From the NCBI GenBank assembly GCA_963663705.1, contig OY760504.1, positions 1,538,788-1,602,787 on the forward strand: DNA of 64,000 nucleotides. Direction: 5' to 3'. The stretch's first letter is position 1. Every line of letters starts with the position of its first letter. The DNA comes from Armatimonadota bacterium (GTDB taxonomy: Bacteria > Armatimonadota > UBA5829 > DTJY01). Both the position numbers and the translations under genes were made by a program. Positions 18,053 through 28,671 of the stretch are shown piece after piece. The notes under the pieces are model-generated. The model did not search any database and was not told the DNA's origin. It saw only the letters and a program-made list of their open reading frames with translations.

Positions 18053-19993
18053 CTACTTTACGAACTCTTCACTAGCTGATGTATCTGCGAACATACGCAC
18101 ACTGTTAAGCCCCCATGCGGCACCCCTGGGAAGCCAATCTGCGGTGATATGACCATCCTGGAATGTGTTGCCTGTGATAGATACATTGCTGTTATTCACC
18201 GGCACGTTAATGGTCATGACTCCAGTTTTGGCCGGAGCGAAAATATTACCGGATATAACCGAAGTAATGGTCTTTCCGCTGCTGACCTGCAAGTATTCCC
18301 CTGTCTGGCCACGCACCACATTGTTGCTGAACACAACATTTTGCGGAGACATCGGGGTCTTTTCCTGAACCCTTTTGTCAAGTCTTGCATTGAAGTACTG
18401 GTCGTATGGCTGTTCTCTAAGCACGAAACCCCGGAATGCGCCAATAACAGTATTGCCTGTGATGACTACGCTATCACAATTACCGGCCACTTCGATGCAG
18501 TTTGGCGTAATTCCTGCATCCAACGGCTGGTCGTATATAACGATATTGCCCGTAAGGATTATATTGCGTGTAGGTACGAAGGTGGTAATTCCCCAATCGG
18601 GATGAACAAAAATGCCCACACTCTGCGGTACCTGGCTGAGGTCATCCATTTTTGGTGCATTCCAGTTACGCACGATATTGCCGGTAAGTGTGACGTCGGA
18701 TACATTGAATATATCTATGCCATGGCACCTCGAGCGCTCCACGATATTATTAGCCAAAGTGATGTAATAACTATAGAAACCGACCACTATTCCGGTATCA
18801 AAGGTATCGGATGTCTTGCAGTTAGCTATGCGAATATTCCAGTTGCCATAGCGGCCACCTTCATAATTGCCGTTAATAGTTATGCCGTGCCGTGCGCCCT
18901 GAATGTTACAGGCATCGACAACGACGTTCTTGCAATACAGGATGGCTATGCCCTCGTGCTGGAAGTTTTGTGTGGAACAGTTCTGAACTCGGCAATCAAC
19001 CACACCGTTGAGCTCTATTCCTCTTGTACCCTGCAGATTCTCCCCTGCCTTATAATTGCTAGGATCGTTTACAAGCGATATATTTGAGATATTGATATCA
19101 TGCAATCGCCAAACGCCTTCTGCATCGCTGACACTGATTCCGGTAATCGGGGTTTTCTCCGCAACCTTCAGTATCGTTCCGGCTTCTCCGCGTATGTCGG
19201 TATACGATTTGCGAATCATCAGGGTCCGACTTATCTTGTATATCCCTGATGGCAAGTAAACGAGGCCACCCTTGTCGAGAGACGCCTGTATCGCTGCCGT
19301 TGAATCGTGCTTGCCGGTGGGATCCGCACCCGCCTCTATGACGCCCCCCGAAACAGATGTCGGAACCACGGCGTCAGCGGCCTCATCGGAAACGGCGTCA
19401 AATTTGACGGCGCCGCTGTTCAGATGGACAAAACCAGGATTCGCATCGTCGGCCAGGCGGACTCTGATGTACAGCTTTTTCATGTCGGACGGCACGATAA
19501 AACTCTTGCCTTTTTTGTTAAGAATCATGTTGCCGGATGCGTCTGCCGAGACGTCAAGCTGTGGACACCATGAGCTATCATTGGAAACCCAGAAACCGTT
19601 CGGCCATGGGGTCTGTGTATGGTGGTAAACCGGATCCAGCCCGTATTCTAGGACAACTTTTCCAGCGAATTCCTTATAAATATTGAATGTAGGAACAACC
19701 TTATAAGTCTTTGTATCACCGGCAGCTCTGCTCCACAAAAATATCCAGTTGGCGCCTTTAGCGTTTCCAAACCGCAAACTCCCATTTGCATCCGAACTTC
19801 CATTGACCTGTGAATGCACGGATTTCCAGTCCTTCGGGTTTCCAGCGATATCCGTGCCAAGGACATCGCCAGTGGCAGAACTTATCCCTGAAGTGAAAAA
19901 AAACTCGGGGCCTGCATGGCAAGTAAGACTACCACACAGAGCTAAAACAGCAGTAAACACAAGAGTCATGCCTGTTACCAATTTGATTGACAA
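18053..19993 (-). CDS. Secreted right-handed beta-helix protein (pectate lyase 3 / GH28-like) with an extra N-terminal domain
   Basis: Signal peptide; GADPTGKHDSTAAIQA…VYLPSGIYKIS; repeated N-I-x-I-x-N-N beta-helix turns. Confidence 0.8.
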   Translation of the reverse strand: MSIKLVTGMTLVFTAVLALCGSLTCHAGPEFFFTSGISSATGDVLGTDIAGNPKDWKSVHSQVNGSSDANGSLRFGNAKGANWIFLWSRAAGDTKTYKVVPTFNIYKEFAGKVVLEYGLDPVYHHTQTPWPNGFWVSNDSSWCPQLDVSADASGNMILNKKGKSFIVPSDMKKLYIRVRLADDANPGFVHLNSGAVKFDAVSDEAADAVVPTSVSGGVIEAGADPTGKHDSTAAIQASLDKGGLVYLPSGIYKISRTLMIRKSYTDIRGEAGTILKVAEKTPITGISVSDAEGVWRLHDINISNISLVNDPSNYKAGENLQGTRGIELNGVVDCRVQNCSTQNFQHEGIAILYCKNVVVDACNIQGARHGITINGNYEGGRYGNWNIRIANCKTSDTFDTGIVVGFYSYYITLANNIVERSRCHGIDIFNVSDVTLTGNIVRNWNAPKMDDLSQVPQSVGIFVHPDWGITTFVPTRNIILTGNIVIYDQPLDAGITPNCIEVAGNCDSVVITGNTVIGAFRGFVLREQPYDQYFNARLDKRVQEKTPMSPQNVVFSNNVVRGQTGEYLQVSSGKTITSVISGNIFAPAKTGVMTINVPVNNSNVSITGNTFQDGHITADWLPRGAAWGLNSVRMFADTSASEEFVK

Positions 19994-20077
19994 AGAACTT
20001 CCTCCGTTGCAATTCTATTCATATATCATAAAAGTATGAGTGCGAAAATATGTAGACTGACTTGAAACAAGCAGCAG

Positions 20078-20120
20078 GTGATCATGCGTACATAGAACAT
20101 CAGCATGAACGCATGATCAC
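20078..20120. other. 12-bp perfect stem-loop just downstream of the PEP-CTERM gene
   Basis: gtgatcatgcgt / acgcatgatcac, 19-nt loop, no U-tract. Confidence 0.6.
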
Positions 20121-20137
20121 TCTACTGAAGATAGAAA

Positions 20138-20812
20138 CTACTTTCTGCGTCTAATAAGCGTTACCCCAGTGGATAACAGTCCGGTAACCATTACCGCAAG
20201 GGTGCCCGGTTCCGGTACCGGCTGAGCAGGAGCAGCAGTGAGGTCGCCGCTCTGGATCCAGGTGAAACCGCCACCTGCGTTGTCCAGCATTGCTACACGT
20301 ATAAACACCTGGTTAGCGGTCTCCGGCGCAATAAAGCCAACTCCGGCCGAATTTAGAGTACAGGCTATCCCACCATCTGCAAGTGATGTATCCAGTGTAG
20401 TCCATTTGGTATCATCAGACATCCATAATACGCCATTGCCACCTGTGACAACATCATCGAAGGCGTACTGCAGAGCCACTCTGCCGGCATATTCTTTCCA
20501 GATGCTGAAGCTTGATGTAAGCGTATATGCTGCGGTATCACCGGCGGCTCTTGACCACAGATATGTCCAGTTATCACCTTCTGAAAATCCGAATCTGTAC
20601 TGTGCCGTCTGTCCACCGTTAAATTGAGACAGGACTGACGCCCAATCTGCCGGATTCCCCGTAGACGACGTTCCTAAAACAGCACCACCAGGGGTACTAT
20701 TGATCCCAGGTGCATAGAAGTTATAACCAGCAGTGGCAGCACCGGCCAATCCGAAGCCGAGACAGATGGTTGCAGCAAGAATCGCCATTGATTTTGTTAA
20801 TCCGTATTTCAT
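20138..20812 (-). CDS. PEP-CTERM sorting domain protein
   Basis: Signal peptide; C-terminal PVPEPGTLAVMVTGLLSTGVTLIRRRK; GAGGAGG RBS. Confidence 0.92.
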   Translation of the reverse strand: MKYGLTKSMAILAATICLGFGLAGAATAGYNFYAPGINSTPGGAVLGTSSTGNPADWASVLSQFNGGQTAQYRFGFSEGDNWTYLWSRAAGDTAAYTLTSSFSIWKEYAGRVALQYAFDDVVTGGNGVLWMSDDTKWTTLDTSLADGGIACTLNSAGVGFIAPETANQVFIRVAMLDNAGGGFTWIQSGDLTAAPAQPVPEPGTLAVMVTGLLSTGVTLIRRRK

Positions 20813-21027
20813 GTTATTTCCTCCTCTTCATTTAGAACCTCGTTTATTAAGTGTTTTACACTTTCCTTCCGTAAATGCTTATGTTGAATCTCCCTTCTGC
20901 AGATTCGTGCACAGCTCTGCTGAACGCGGTCAGTCCAAAACGACAAACCTATCCCCTGAATTTCTTTAGAAAGGGCGATAACTTAGCAAACACCGTCCGA
21001 AGATGAATGTGAAGTCACCTGTCACTT

Positions 21028-21176
21028 ATTGAATCACTATTCAGTGTTTTTGTCAACACTTTATCCATAAATCAGCGAATATTGTTCATTCAACCACACT
21101 TCTTATGTGCATCACCGTATATTTCCTCGTGTTTTCGCGAATAGTTGTTGACATACACGGTGTAAAGTTATAGAAT
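21028..21176. promoter_or_regulatory. Divergent sigma70-type promoters
   Basis: Plus: TTGACA 21148-21153, 17 bp, TAGAAT 21171-21176. Minus: TTGACA 21056-21051, 17 bp, TTCAAT (weaker). Confidence 0.55.
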
Positions 21177-21443
21177 AAGTTATCGTATTTGGCGAGTAGC
21201 GTGTTTATTCGACACTGGAAACACATACTCAACATGGACCAGATCACTCTGAAATGGAAATAGCGAGCACAAACGGACAACACATTCAATGTCTCAAATA
21301 CGCAGGATGGGATGAGAACAAGCGAAAGCAGCAGTTCTCCTGACCAGCCTTCTGACCTCCGGAGCATCAACAATCACCGATAGCGGTGGTAGATGGAACT
21401 GTTTTTTAGATTTGGACTGCATCCGGTGACCAAGGAGAGTAAA

Positions 21444-22640
21444 ATGGACAATCATTCAACACATCGAAAGTTAAGCACGAAAACTTCGTCTAGAATAAGC
21501 ACTGCAGATCGTCTTGTACAGCAATGCCCTGAACTAAAACTTAACGGCATGACCAAAAACAAAGCACTTAAGGCTACGCTGGAAGATGCAATATGCAAAG
21601 GGGTGTATAAGCCGGGTGATCTACTCCCCTCGCAGAACCAGATGGCTGTTACATACGGCATCAGCCACAATACCGTCAGGGAAAGCATTGCGGCACTGGT
21701 ACAAGAAGGATTAGTGTACAGAGCACACGGGAAAGGCACATTCGTGTGTAAGCGGGAACAGAAGCAACTCACCCTGGGCCTGGTTATCTCACATTTGGAT
21801 TCGTCCGGGGATATCCAGTACAGTCAAGGATATGATGTCGCTCCGCAGTTACTGCACCATATACAGGAAGAAGCAATTACTCAGAACGCAAGCATAATGC
21901 TGTACATAGACCAGGACAGCATTGATAACGAGAGAACCAACCTCTTAAATCTTCTCGATAGAGAAATAGATGGCATAATAACCTTATACATAGGGGAAGA
22001 CCAGAATTTGGACTGCCTTGAGAAAATAAAGAGTTCCGGCACCCCGCTTGTTCTCATAGATAACTATCCAAACGGGTCGGAAATGAACTGCGTTGAGACG
22101 GATCATTTTGCTGGCGCATACAAGGCAGTTAACTACCTGCTCAACAAGGGTTTTAGCAGAGTCATAAATCTCACTAACGATGGAGCAAACAGTGCCGTCG
22201 AACGGCGCATGGAAGGATACAGGGCGGCGCTGTCGTCGCGCAGACTGCCGGAGAATAATGTGCAGGTCAAACACCTTATCTGCACAACCATGACAGACAT
22301 GGAGGAACCGGCTTACGAGGCTATGAAGAAACTTCTTCAGGATATCGAATTGCCGTTCGCACTATTTGCGGTTAATGCCTTTGCGCTTGTAGGCGCCTGG
22401 CGGGCAATTCAAGAGAGCGGATTGGACCATGACAAGTTTGCACTGGCATGTTTCGACAACCCCTGCACCAGTATTCCTGAAGATATAACATTTATAAAAG
22501 TTATCCAACCGCTGAAAGAAATAGCGCAAACAAGTATAGACATAGTGATTGGAATTCTAAACGGCGACAAAGATACAAAGCACGTGATCCTTCCTCCTGA
22601 AATCATAGTGAGAGAAGGCGGGGAAACCCGCACGTTATGA
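21444..22640 (+). CDS. GntR-HTH + LacI-type sugar-binding regulator (paralog of 11783-12928)
   Basis: PGDLLPSQNQ…SHNTVRE…HGKGTFV, VETDHFAGAY, ACFD; start after AAGGAG. Confidence 0.9.
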   Translation: MDNHSTHRKLSTKTSSRISTADRLVQQCPELKLNGMTKNKALKATLEDAICKGVYKPGDLLPSQNQMAVTYGISHNTVRESIAALVQEGLVYRAHGKGTFVCKREQKQLTLGLVISHLDSSGDIQYSQGYDVAPQLLHHIQEEAITQNASIMLYIDQDSIDNERTNLLNLLDREIDGIITLYIGEDQNLDCLEKIKSSGTPLVLIDNYPNGSEMNCVETDHFAGAYKAVNYLLNKGFSRVINLTNDGANSAVERRMEGYRAALSSRRLPENNVQVKHLICTTMTDMEEPAYEAMKKLLQDIELPFALFAVNAFALVGAWRAIQESGLDHDKFALACFDNPCTSIPEDITFIKVIQPLKEIAQTSIDIVIGILNGDKDTKHVILPPEIIVREGGETRTL

Positions 22641-22691
22641 TGATTGAACTTTTATAAGTGATTGGATGCCTCCCAGGCAATCGCAATACTC

Positions 22692-22737
22692 GATGCGCCA
22701 GACGGACTTGGCTCTCCCAAAATCCGTCTGGCGCATC
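22692..22737. other. 15-bp perfect stem-loop between regulator and GH38
   Basis: gatgcgccagacgga / tccgtctggcgcatc. Confidence 0.65.
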
Positions 22738-22903
22738 CACTGAACTGGTCATCCCTGCACACAACCTATGACCTCGCTGTATATAGATGTGAGCATCAAC
22801 TCTGGCGTGAACAATCGCGTCGACCGGCCACAGCGCCAACATATAGAAACAGCCCAGAATAACTTGAAATTTCCAAATAAGATGATCACTGGAGTATCAG
22901 AAA

Positions 22904-25750
22904 ATGAACAAGCAATACACCATGCACGTAATATCCGGAACTCACTGGGACAGGGAGTGGAGATACTCGGCAGAACAGTCCAAGCTCAGGCTGGTAGATC
23001 TGATGGACTCAGTTCTCGAAATTCTGGAACAAAAGTCTTCTTTCCGATCGTTCTGTATCGATGGCGGCATGGTGGCTGTTGAGGACTATCTGACACTCCG
23101 GCCGGAAAACAATGCAAGGATCAAAGCGCTGGTTGAAAATGGAAAACTCAAGTTGATGAGCTGGTACACGCTCCCGGACATGTTCACAGTTTCGCCGGAA
23201 TCCATAATCAGAAATATCACACTTGGCCGTCAAATGGCTAACAGTTTCGGCGGAGCCATGGCTGCCGGCTACACGTCATGCTCTTATGGACAGACTTCAC
23301 AACTACCTCAGATATACCGCGGGTTTGGAATAGATACAGCGCTGTACTATAGAGGCACAAACCAGTATGAATTGCCCTCACTCTTTTTGTGGAAGGGGAT
23401 GGACGGATCAGAACTGCATACGGTCAGAACATTCGATGACATTACAAGGGCCAACTGGTATTTCAACGTGCATTATCCACTCGTTTTGGGCAAGGACTTT
23501 CTGGATCTTTCATACAAGTTCAACAAAAACGAGCAACCATGCCATCTTTGTGACGGAGAATCTTATGAACGCCCATTTGCCCTGCTGCACGAAGATGGCA
23601 CGTTCAAGAACGATGCGGCATCCCTGAAGAAGGCTCTAGATGCCATAAGGCGCCATGCAGAACCCTTTGCGATAGGAAGGCATATGCTTGCGCTGAATAT
23701 AGAAGACAACGCTCGCCCTTATGAGCCTATGCCCGAAATTATAGACGCACTTAACGCTATCTCCCCGGATATCGATATCGTACAGAGCAGCTTCGATGAG
23801 TACTTCAGCGCCATACTGGGTGACCACGGAAATGACGACCTGTTTGTACACAACGGAGAAGCGCGTTTCCCCGGCGTAGCACCCGGATTCAACGGGCTTT
23901 ACGGTGCCACGCATTCGTCGAGAGTGAAATTGAAACTGATGAACGATAAGGCGGAAACGGCTCTCATTAATTTCGCAGAACCACTCGCTTCCATAGGATC
24001 AAATCTGGGCTTTGAATACCCGGCATCGGCACTGGCACGTGCATGGAGAGTCCTGCTTCAGAACCATGCGCACGACAGTATTTGCGGCGCCGCAATAGAT
24101 CGGGCCCACGAGGATATGATCTACAGATTCTCAACAGCAGAAACGGTCGGGCTTGAAGTCGCTGCGCGAAGTCTTGCCTTCCTGCAATCCAAAATAGATA
24201 CGGCAAGCCATTTTTCAGGTTCCGACTACACAATTACATTTTTCAACACGCTGGCGGTCGAACGCGATGAGATCGTCCAGATAGTCGCCGACATTCCTGA
24301 ATGCACGGACATGGAGCATTTCGACATCGTTGACGAGAACGGCAACATTGTTGAACATAAGATTCAAAGCGTCGACTCAGCCCGCGTTGCAGTCGAAAGG
24401 GAGCTGGACACATCGACATGGTTTTCGTCACGGCGCTGGCGAATTCTAATTCGAGCCCGTGTTCCCGCCATGGGATATACAACATACGCCATCAGACCAA
24501 GAAAGCCAGTGCTCATCGAGCATCCAATTTCCACAGAGCGCAAGCTTATCGCAGGTGCAGGCGGAACCCTGGAAAACGAACATATGAAGGTGCAGATAAA
24601 CAGCAACGGCACATTCAATATATACTCGAAGGACACGGGCCGTGAGTTCCGCAATCTCCACTATTTCACCGATTACGGCCAGACCGGATCTGCCCATTTG
24701 AGCGTCACTCCCCGGCGAAACCCGGTGGTGACAAGCCTTGGAGGCAGCGCCGACATTATAATGGAACAATCATCCACACTGAGAGGAGAATACCGCATCG
24801 ACCTCTGCATGCGTATTCCGGCTGCAGCCACTCAGGATAACGGCGACAGACTAAGAGAGATGAAAGATCTTCCAATATCTACACGCCTCATCCTGGACAA
24901 AGGATCGAAGGTGCTCAAAATCAAGACCCGTCTTTCAAATAGTTCAAGAGATCACAAACTGCAGATTAACTTTCCGACGTGCGTGGACACGAACTTCGCC
25001 GTTGCAGAGAGCGCTTTTGCCATCGAAAAACGGGACTTCCGGTGGCGGGAAACGGGCGACAATCTGGAGGAGTGCTACACATTTCAGCCCATGATGAATT
25101 TCGTAGACATAAACGATGGCCAAATCGGCCTGTCATTTCTTTCAAAAGGACTTAGAGAATACGAAATAACCGATGATCCCGATAGAAATCTTGCAATTAC
25201 CCTGTTGCGCACCCATCGTGATTACATGACGGCAAACAGGGAAATGAATCCCGATGAACTCGATCGCTATACCGGTATGCACTCATTCGGCGATTTCAGT
25301 TACGACTATGCGCTCTACCCGCATGCCGGTGATCACGTTGATGCCGACACTCTGCATACAGCCTATGCACATAAGATCGGCATCAGAGCAGTTCAGGGCA
25401 TACCTCACCCGGGCGATCTCCCATGCAGTGCAAGTTTTTTCACCGTGAAGCCGGCAGACAAAATAATGGTATCTGCACTGAAGCAGTCGGAAGATAGAAG
25501 TGGCACAATCCTCCGATTATGGAACATGAGCGGCGAGAAACTGAAGGCATCAGTGAAAACTTTGCTACCGCTAGAATCAGCTACAAGAGTTCGCATGGAT
25601 GAAACCATAATAGAGCCCTTGCCATTCGAAGGTGGAATATTCAGTCTGAATCTGGAGCCGCATAAAATCGAAAGCATTCTGTTAACGCCGTATGGGCAGA
25701 GCGATGAAGTCGAATCAAAATATGGGATGGATGGGAGAAAGCTCAATTGA
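22904..25750 (+). CDS. GH38 alpha-mannosidase (second paralog)
   Basis: HVISGTHWDREWRY, SWYTLPD, QNHAHDSICGAAID, AITLLR. Confidence 0.9.
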   Translation: MNKQYTMHVISGTHWDREWRYSAEQSKLRLVDLMDSVLEILEQKSSFRSFCIDGGMVAVEDYLTLRPENNARIKALVENGKLKLMSWYTLPDMFTVSPESIIRNITLGRQMANSFGGAMAAGYTSCSYGQTSQLPQIYRGFGIDTALYYRGTNQYELPSLFLWKGMDGSELHTVRTFDDITRANWYFNVHYPLVLGKDFLDLSYKFNKNEQPCHLCDGESYERPFALLHEDGTFKNDAASLKKALDAIRRHAEPFAIGRHMLALNIEDNARPYEPMPEIIDALNAISPDIDIVQSSFDEYFSAILGDHGNDDLFVHNGEARFPGVAPGFNGLYGATHSSRVKLKLMNDKAETALINFAEPLASIGSNLGFEYPASALARAWRVLLQNHAHDSICGAAIDRAHEDMIYRFSTAETVGLEVAARSLAFLQSKIDTASHFSGSDYTITFFNTLAVERDEIVQIVADIPECTDMEHFDIVDENGNIVEHKIQSVDSARVAVERELDTSTWFSSRRWRILIRARVPAMGYTTYAIRPRKPVLIEHPISTERKLIAGAGGTLENEHMKVQINSNGTFNIYSKDTGREFRNLHYFTDYGQTGSAHLSVTPRRNPVVTSLGGSADIIMEQSSTLRGEYRIDLCMRIPAAATQDNGDRLREMKDLPISTRLILDKGSKVLKIKTRLSNSSRDHKLQINFPTCVDTNFAVAESAFAIEKRDFRWRETGDNLEECYTFQPMMNFVDINDGQIGLSFLSKGLREYEITDDPDRNLAITLLRTHRDYMTANREMNPDELDRYTGMHSFGDFSYDYALYPHAGDHVDADTLHTAYAHKIGIRAVQGIPHPGDLPCSASFFTVKPADKIMVSALKQSEDRSGTILRLWNMSGEKLKASVKTLLPLESATRVRMDETIIEPLPFEGGIFSLNLEPHKIESILLTPYGQSDEVESKYGMDGRKLN

Positions 25751-27057
25751 GAAAATCGATTACCGGTATATTCTGTGGTTTGGCATTACTGAGCTTGTTC
25801 GCGTGGTACATCCAGCCCAGAGAAAACAATGGAATTAAAACCTCTCTAGTATGGGTTAGCGACGATAACCCGGTACGCAGCGAGCAGATCGCCCTGTTTA
25901 ACAAGCTCCATGGTGACATAAAGCTGAACCTGGATTCATCCAACGTAGGCATGGAGAAAGTAATAGTGCAATCGCTGGCTGGAGTTGGGCCGGATCTCTT
26001 CGATTGCGGGAACAATTACCAGCTCTCATCCTACATAAAGTCGGGAGTAGCCTGGGATATTACCGATGAACTAAAAAAGGCCGGTATAGACGTAAACAAA
26101 CAGGTCTGGCCGGCTGTGCTGCCCCTGATAACCTATAATGGGCGAGTCTACGGATTTCCAGACAATGCAAGTACGGATGCGATCTGGTTCAACAAGGCAA
26201 TTCTGGACAAAGCCCACATTCCGTATCCTACCGGTTCGTGGACGTGGGACAAGTTCATCAAACTGGCACAGCGACTGACTATCCGCGGCGAAAATGGTCG
26301 TATCATACAGTACGGACTGCTATTCGACTGGGGTAGCTGGCAGCATTTCGTTTTTCAGCAGGGAGGGCGGATGTACTCTTCTGATGGGCGGCGGTGTGTA
26401 ATAGACAGCCCTGAAGCCGTCGCCGGAATTCAACTCATGCATGACTTGATATATAAATACAAGGTAATGCCTACCCCTGCGGCTGAAAGTGCAATAGCGA
26501 CATCAGGGGGATGGGGCACTGGCCCTATAACACAGTTTTCGGCAGGCAAGGGAGCCATGGTAATCGGCGGAAGATACTTTCTTTGCAGTCTGAGGAAGGA
26601 CCCCTCTCTCAGGTTGGGGGCTGTCGAATTACCGCACAGCTCGAAACGGGTCTTCTACGGATACGGGCGATCGACTCTTATCAACAAGAACAGCCCCAAA
26701 AGATACGAAGCGCTGAAATATATCCTGTATCTGGCAGGCAAGGATTACAATGAACTCGTGAATCACCAGGCTGATGGGATTGCGCCTGTGATCGAATACA
26801 GCTACACCACCAATTACCTGCACGACCCTGATTACCCTGAAGAGACCTTTAATGCTGTCTGGCGAGATGCGATGAAAAATGCAATCCCCGGCGAAACAAG
26901 CCCGTACATAAACGGTTCTCTGGCGTTTCGAATCATGCAAAAGCAGCTGGATCTTGTTAAAGCCGATTCAAAGCTCCCATCCGACGCAATGAAGACAGCG
27001 GCAAATCAGATAAACGCCGAGATTCAGAAGAATATAAAGAATGGAACCGTACAGTGA
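25747..27057 (+). CDS. ABC-type sugar-binding protein (family 1 SBP)
   Basis: N-terminal TM anchor, AGVGPDLFD, GRVYGFP…IWFNK, WTWD.F. Confidence 0.85.
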   Translation: MRKSITGIFCGLALLSLFAWYIQPRENNGIKTSLVWVSDDNPVRSEQIALFNKLHGDIKLNLDSSNVGMEKVIVQSLAGVGPDLFDCGNNYQLSSYIKSGVAWDITDELKKAGIDVNKQVWPAVLPLITYNGRVYGFPDNASTDAIWFNKAILDKAHIPYPTGSWTWDKFIKLAQRLTIRGENGRIIQYGLLFDWGSWQHFVFQQGGRMYSSDGRRCVIDSPEAVAGIQLMHDLIYKYKVMPTPAAESAIATSGGWGTGPITQFSAGKGAMVIGGRYFLCSLRKDPSLRLGAVELPHSSKRVFYGYGRSTLINKNSPKRYEALKYILYLAGKDYNELVNHQADGIAPVIEYSYTTNYLHDPDYPEETFNAVWRDAMKNAIPGETSPYINGSLAFRIMQKQLDLVKADSKLPSDAMKTAANQINAEIQKNIKNGTVQ

Positions 27058-27085
27058 TCATGGTTTGGTTGTATTGTCCGTTGTA

Positions 27086-27865
27086 CTACTTGGCGGTATA
27101 GCCGCCATCTACAGGGATATTGGTTCCCGTTATATACGCCGATGCATCGGATGCCAGAAGCACCACAATGCCCATCAAATCGTTGCCATCCGCCATTCTG
27201 CCAAGAAATGTCCGACTGCTGTACTGCCTCACAAATCTCTCATTCGTTGTAACTGTCTGATACCCCCCAGGGCTAACACAGTTACAACGGATACCCTTTG
27301 AACCATAGTAGCTTGCCGTAAATCTGGTAAAGTTGATCATACCGCCCTTGTGAAAGAAGTAATCAGGATACCAGCCGTTCATCTCCGTACCTTCGTAGAT
27401 TGTGGGATCAGGCGCAATCATACCCTGCATAGAACCGATATTGATGATCGATCCACCATCCGGCATGACGTCGCCGAACGCCCTCGTGACGATGAAGAGA
27501 CCGGTGGCATTCACTTTCATGCTCTCGTCGAACGTGGAGACATCATCGATATACCCCAGCTTCATCGGCCGGGCAACGGCATTGTTCACAAGGACGTCCA
27601 TTCTACCGCTGCGCCTGATTATCTCGTCTCTTGCAGCCAGCACAGATGACTCATCCGACTGGTCCATGCAAAGGGCCCTGATATCGTATCCGCTGACTAC
27701 CAGTTCCTCCGCTACGTCTTCAAGCGCCTGGAGATTCCTCGATGCAATGTAGGTCGTGGCTCCCGCTTCTGCTAAGCCCTCTACTATCTGCCGTCCGTAC
27801 AGTCCTGCGCCACCCGTGACTAGCGCCACTTTTCCTTTAAGTGAGAATCGTTCCAGGATCGACAT
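27086..27865 (-). CDS. SDR family oxidoreductase
   Basis: TGGAGLYG, VLVNNA, Y…KGG catalytic motif, PVDGGYT. Confidence 0.9.
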   Translation of the reverse strand: MSILERFSLKGKVALVTGGAGLYGRQIVEGLAEAGATTYIASRNLQALEDVAEELVVSGYDIRALCMDQSDESSVLAARDEIIRRSGRMDVLVNNAVARPMKLGYIDDVSTFDESMKVNATGLFIVTRAFGDVMPDGGSIINIGSMQGMIAPDPTIYEGTEMNGWYPDYFFHKGGMINFTRFTASYYGSKGIRCNCVSPGGYQTVTTNERFVRQYSSRTFLGRMADGNDLMGIVVLLASDASAYITGTNIPVDGGYTAK

Positions 27866-27876
27866 TACCTGCCTCC

Positions 27877-28662
27877 TTATATATGCCGGTCCGCGCTGTT
27901 TCGGAATGCCGACATTATGCCATCACAGTATTGACTGAGCCCAACGACATCCGCACCCAGGTTGATGAAACGATAGCCCATATCTATCAGCTCCTGAAGA
28001 TTTCCAGGACCGCCAACCGTTCCAGCCCATTTGCCATGTGCAGATGCCACCTGCGCAACTCTCTTCCTTGTCTCTATAAGCAGCGGATGATTCCATTCAC
28101 CGGGAGCGCCTATCCCCTGGCTGAAGTCTGCAGGCCCGAAGAAGAGGATATCTATGCCTGGCAGGGCTGCGATGGCTTCAAGATCGTCCAATGGCTCAGG
28201 GTCTTCTATCTGCACTATCACCAGCCGCTCCTCGTTTGCCTGCAGCATGTAATCCAGCATTGATATCCCGCAGAAGGCTCCATCCGCATTCCCCCCATCG
28301 ACAGGTCTCCTGCCTATTGGATGGAAGCGTGTCATACCGATTATTTTTCTTGCCTCCTGAAGGCTCATTAGATGTGGCACCATTATACCGGCGGCATCCA
28401 TCTCAAGAGGACGGATATAGTCGCTGTATCCCCCTTTGGCAACTCTGACTATAAGGTCTACATCGTGGACCTTTGCAGCCAGTATCTGCTTTTCTATGGG
28501 CGACCAGTCATTCGGTGTGTGTTCCATGTCCGTCCACAGGCAGTCGAATCCGCTCATGGCGGCAATTTCCGCGGCTCGGGCATCCGCGAGGTTGAGTTTG
28601 AAACAGCTTGCCACTTCTCCTGCTCGGAGCTTTCTTAATACCTTGCTCGGGCGCATATTCAT
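27877..28662 (-). CDS. HpcH/HpaI-family class II aldolase
   Basis: DCLWTDMEH, AAGIMVPH, VQIED, DILFFGPAD. Confidence 0.9.
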   Translation of the reverse strand: MNMRPSKVLRKLRAGEVASCFKLNLADARAAEIAAMSGFDCLWTDMEHTPNDWSPIEKQILAAKVHDVDLIVRVAKGGYSDYIRPLEMDAAGIMVPHLMSLQEARKIIGMTRFHPIGRRPVDGGNADGAFCGISMLDYMLQANEERLVIVQIEDPEPLDDLEAIAALPGIDILFFGPADFSQGIGAPGEWNHPLLIETRKRVAQVASAHGKWAGTVGGPGNLQELIDMGYRFINLGADVVGLSQYCDGIMSAFRNSADRHI

Positions 28663-28671
28663 TGTCTTCAC

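Noticed and set aside
18149-19087. 312-aa plus-strand ORF
   Set aside because: Antisense shadow of the repetitive beta-helix gene
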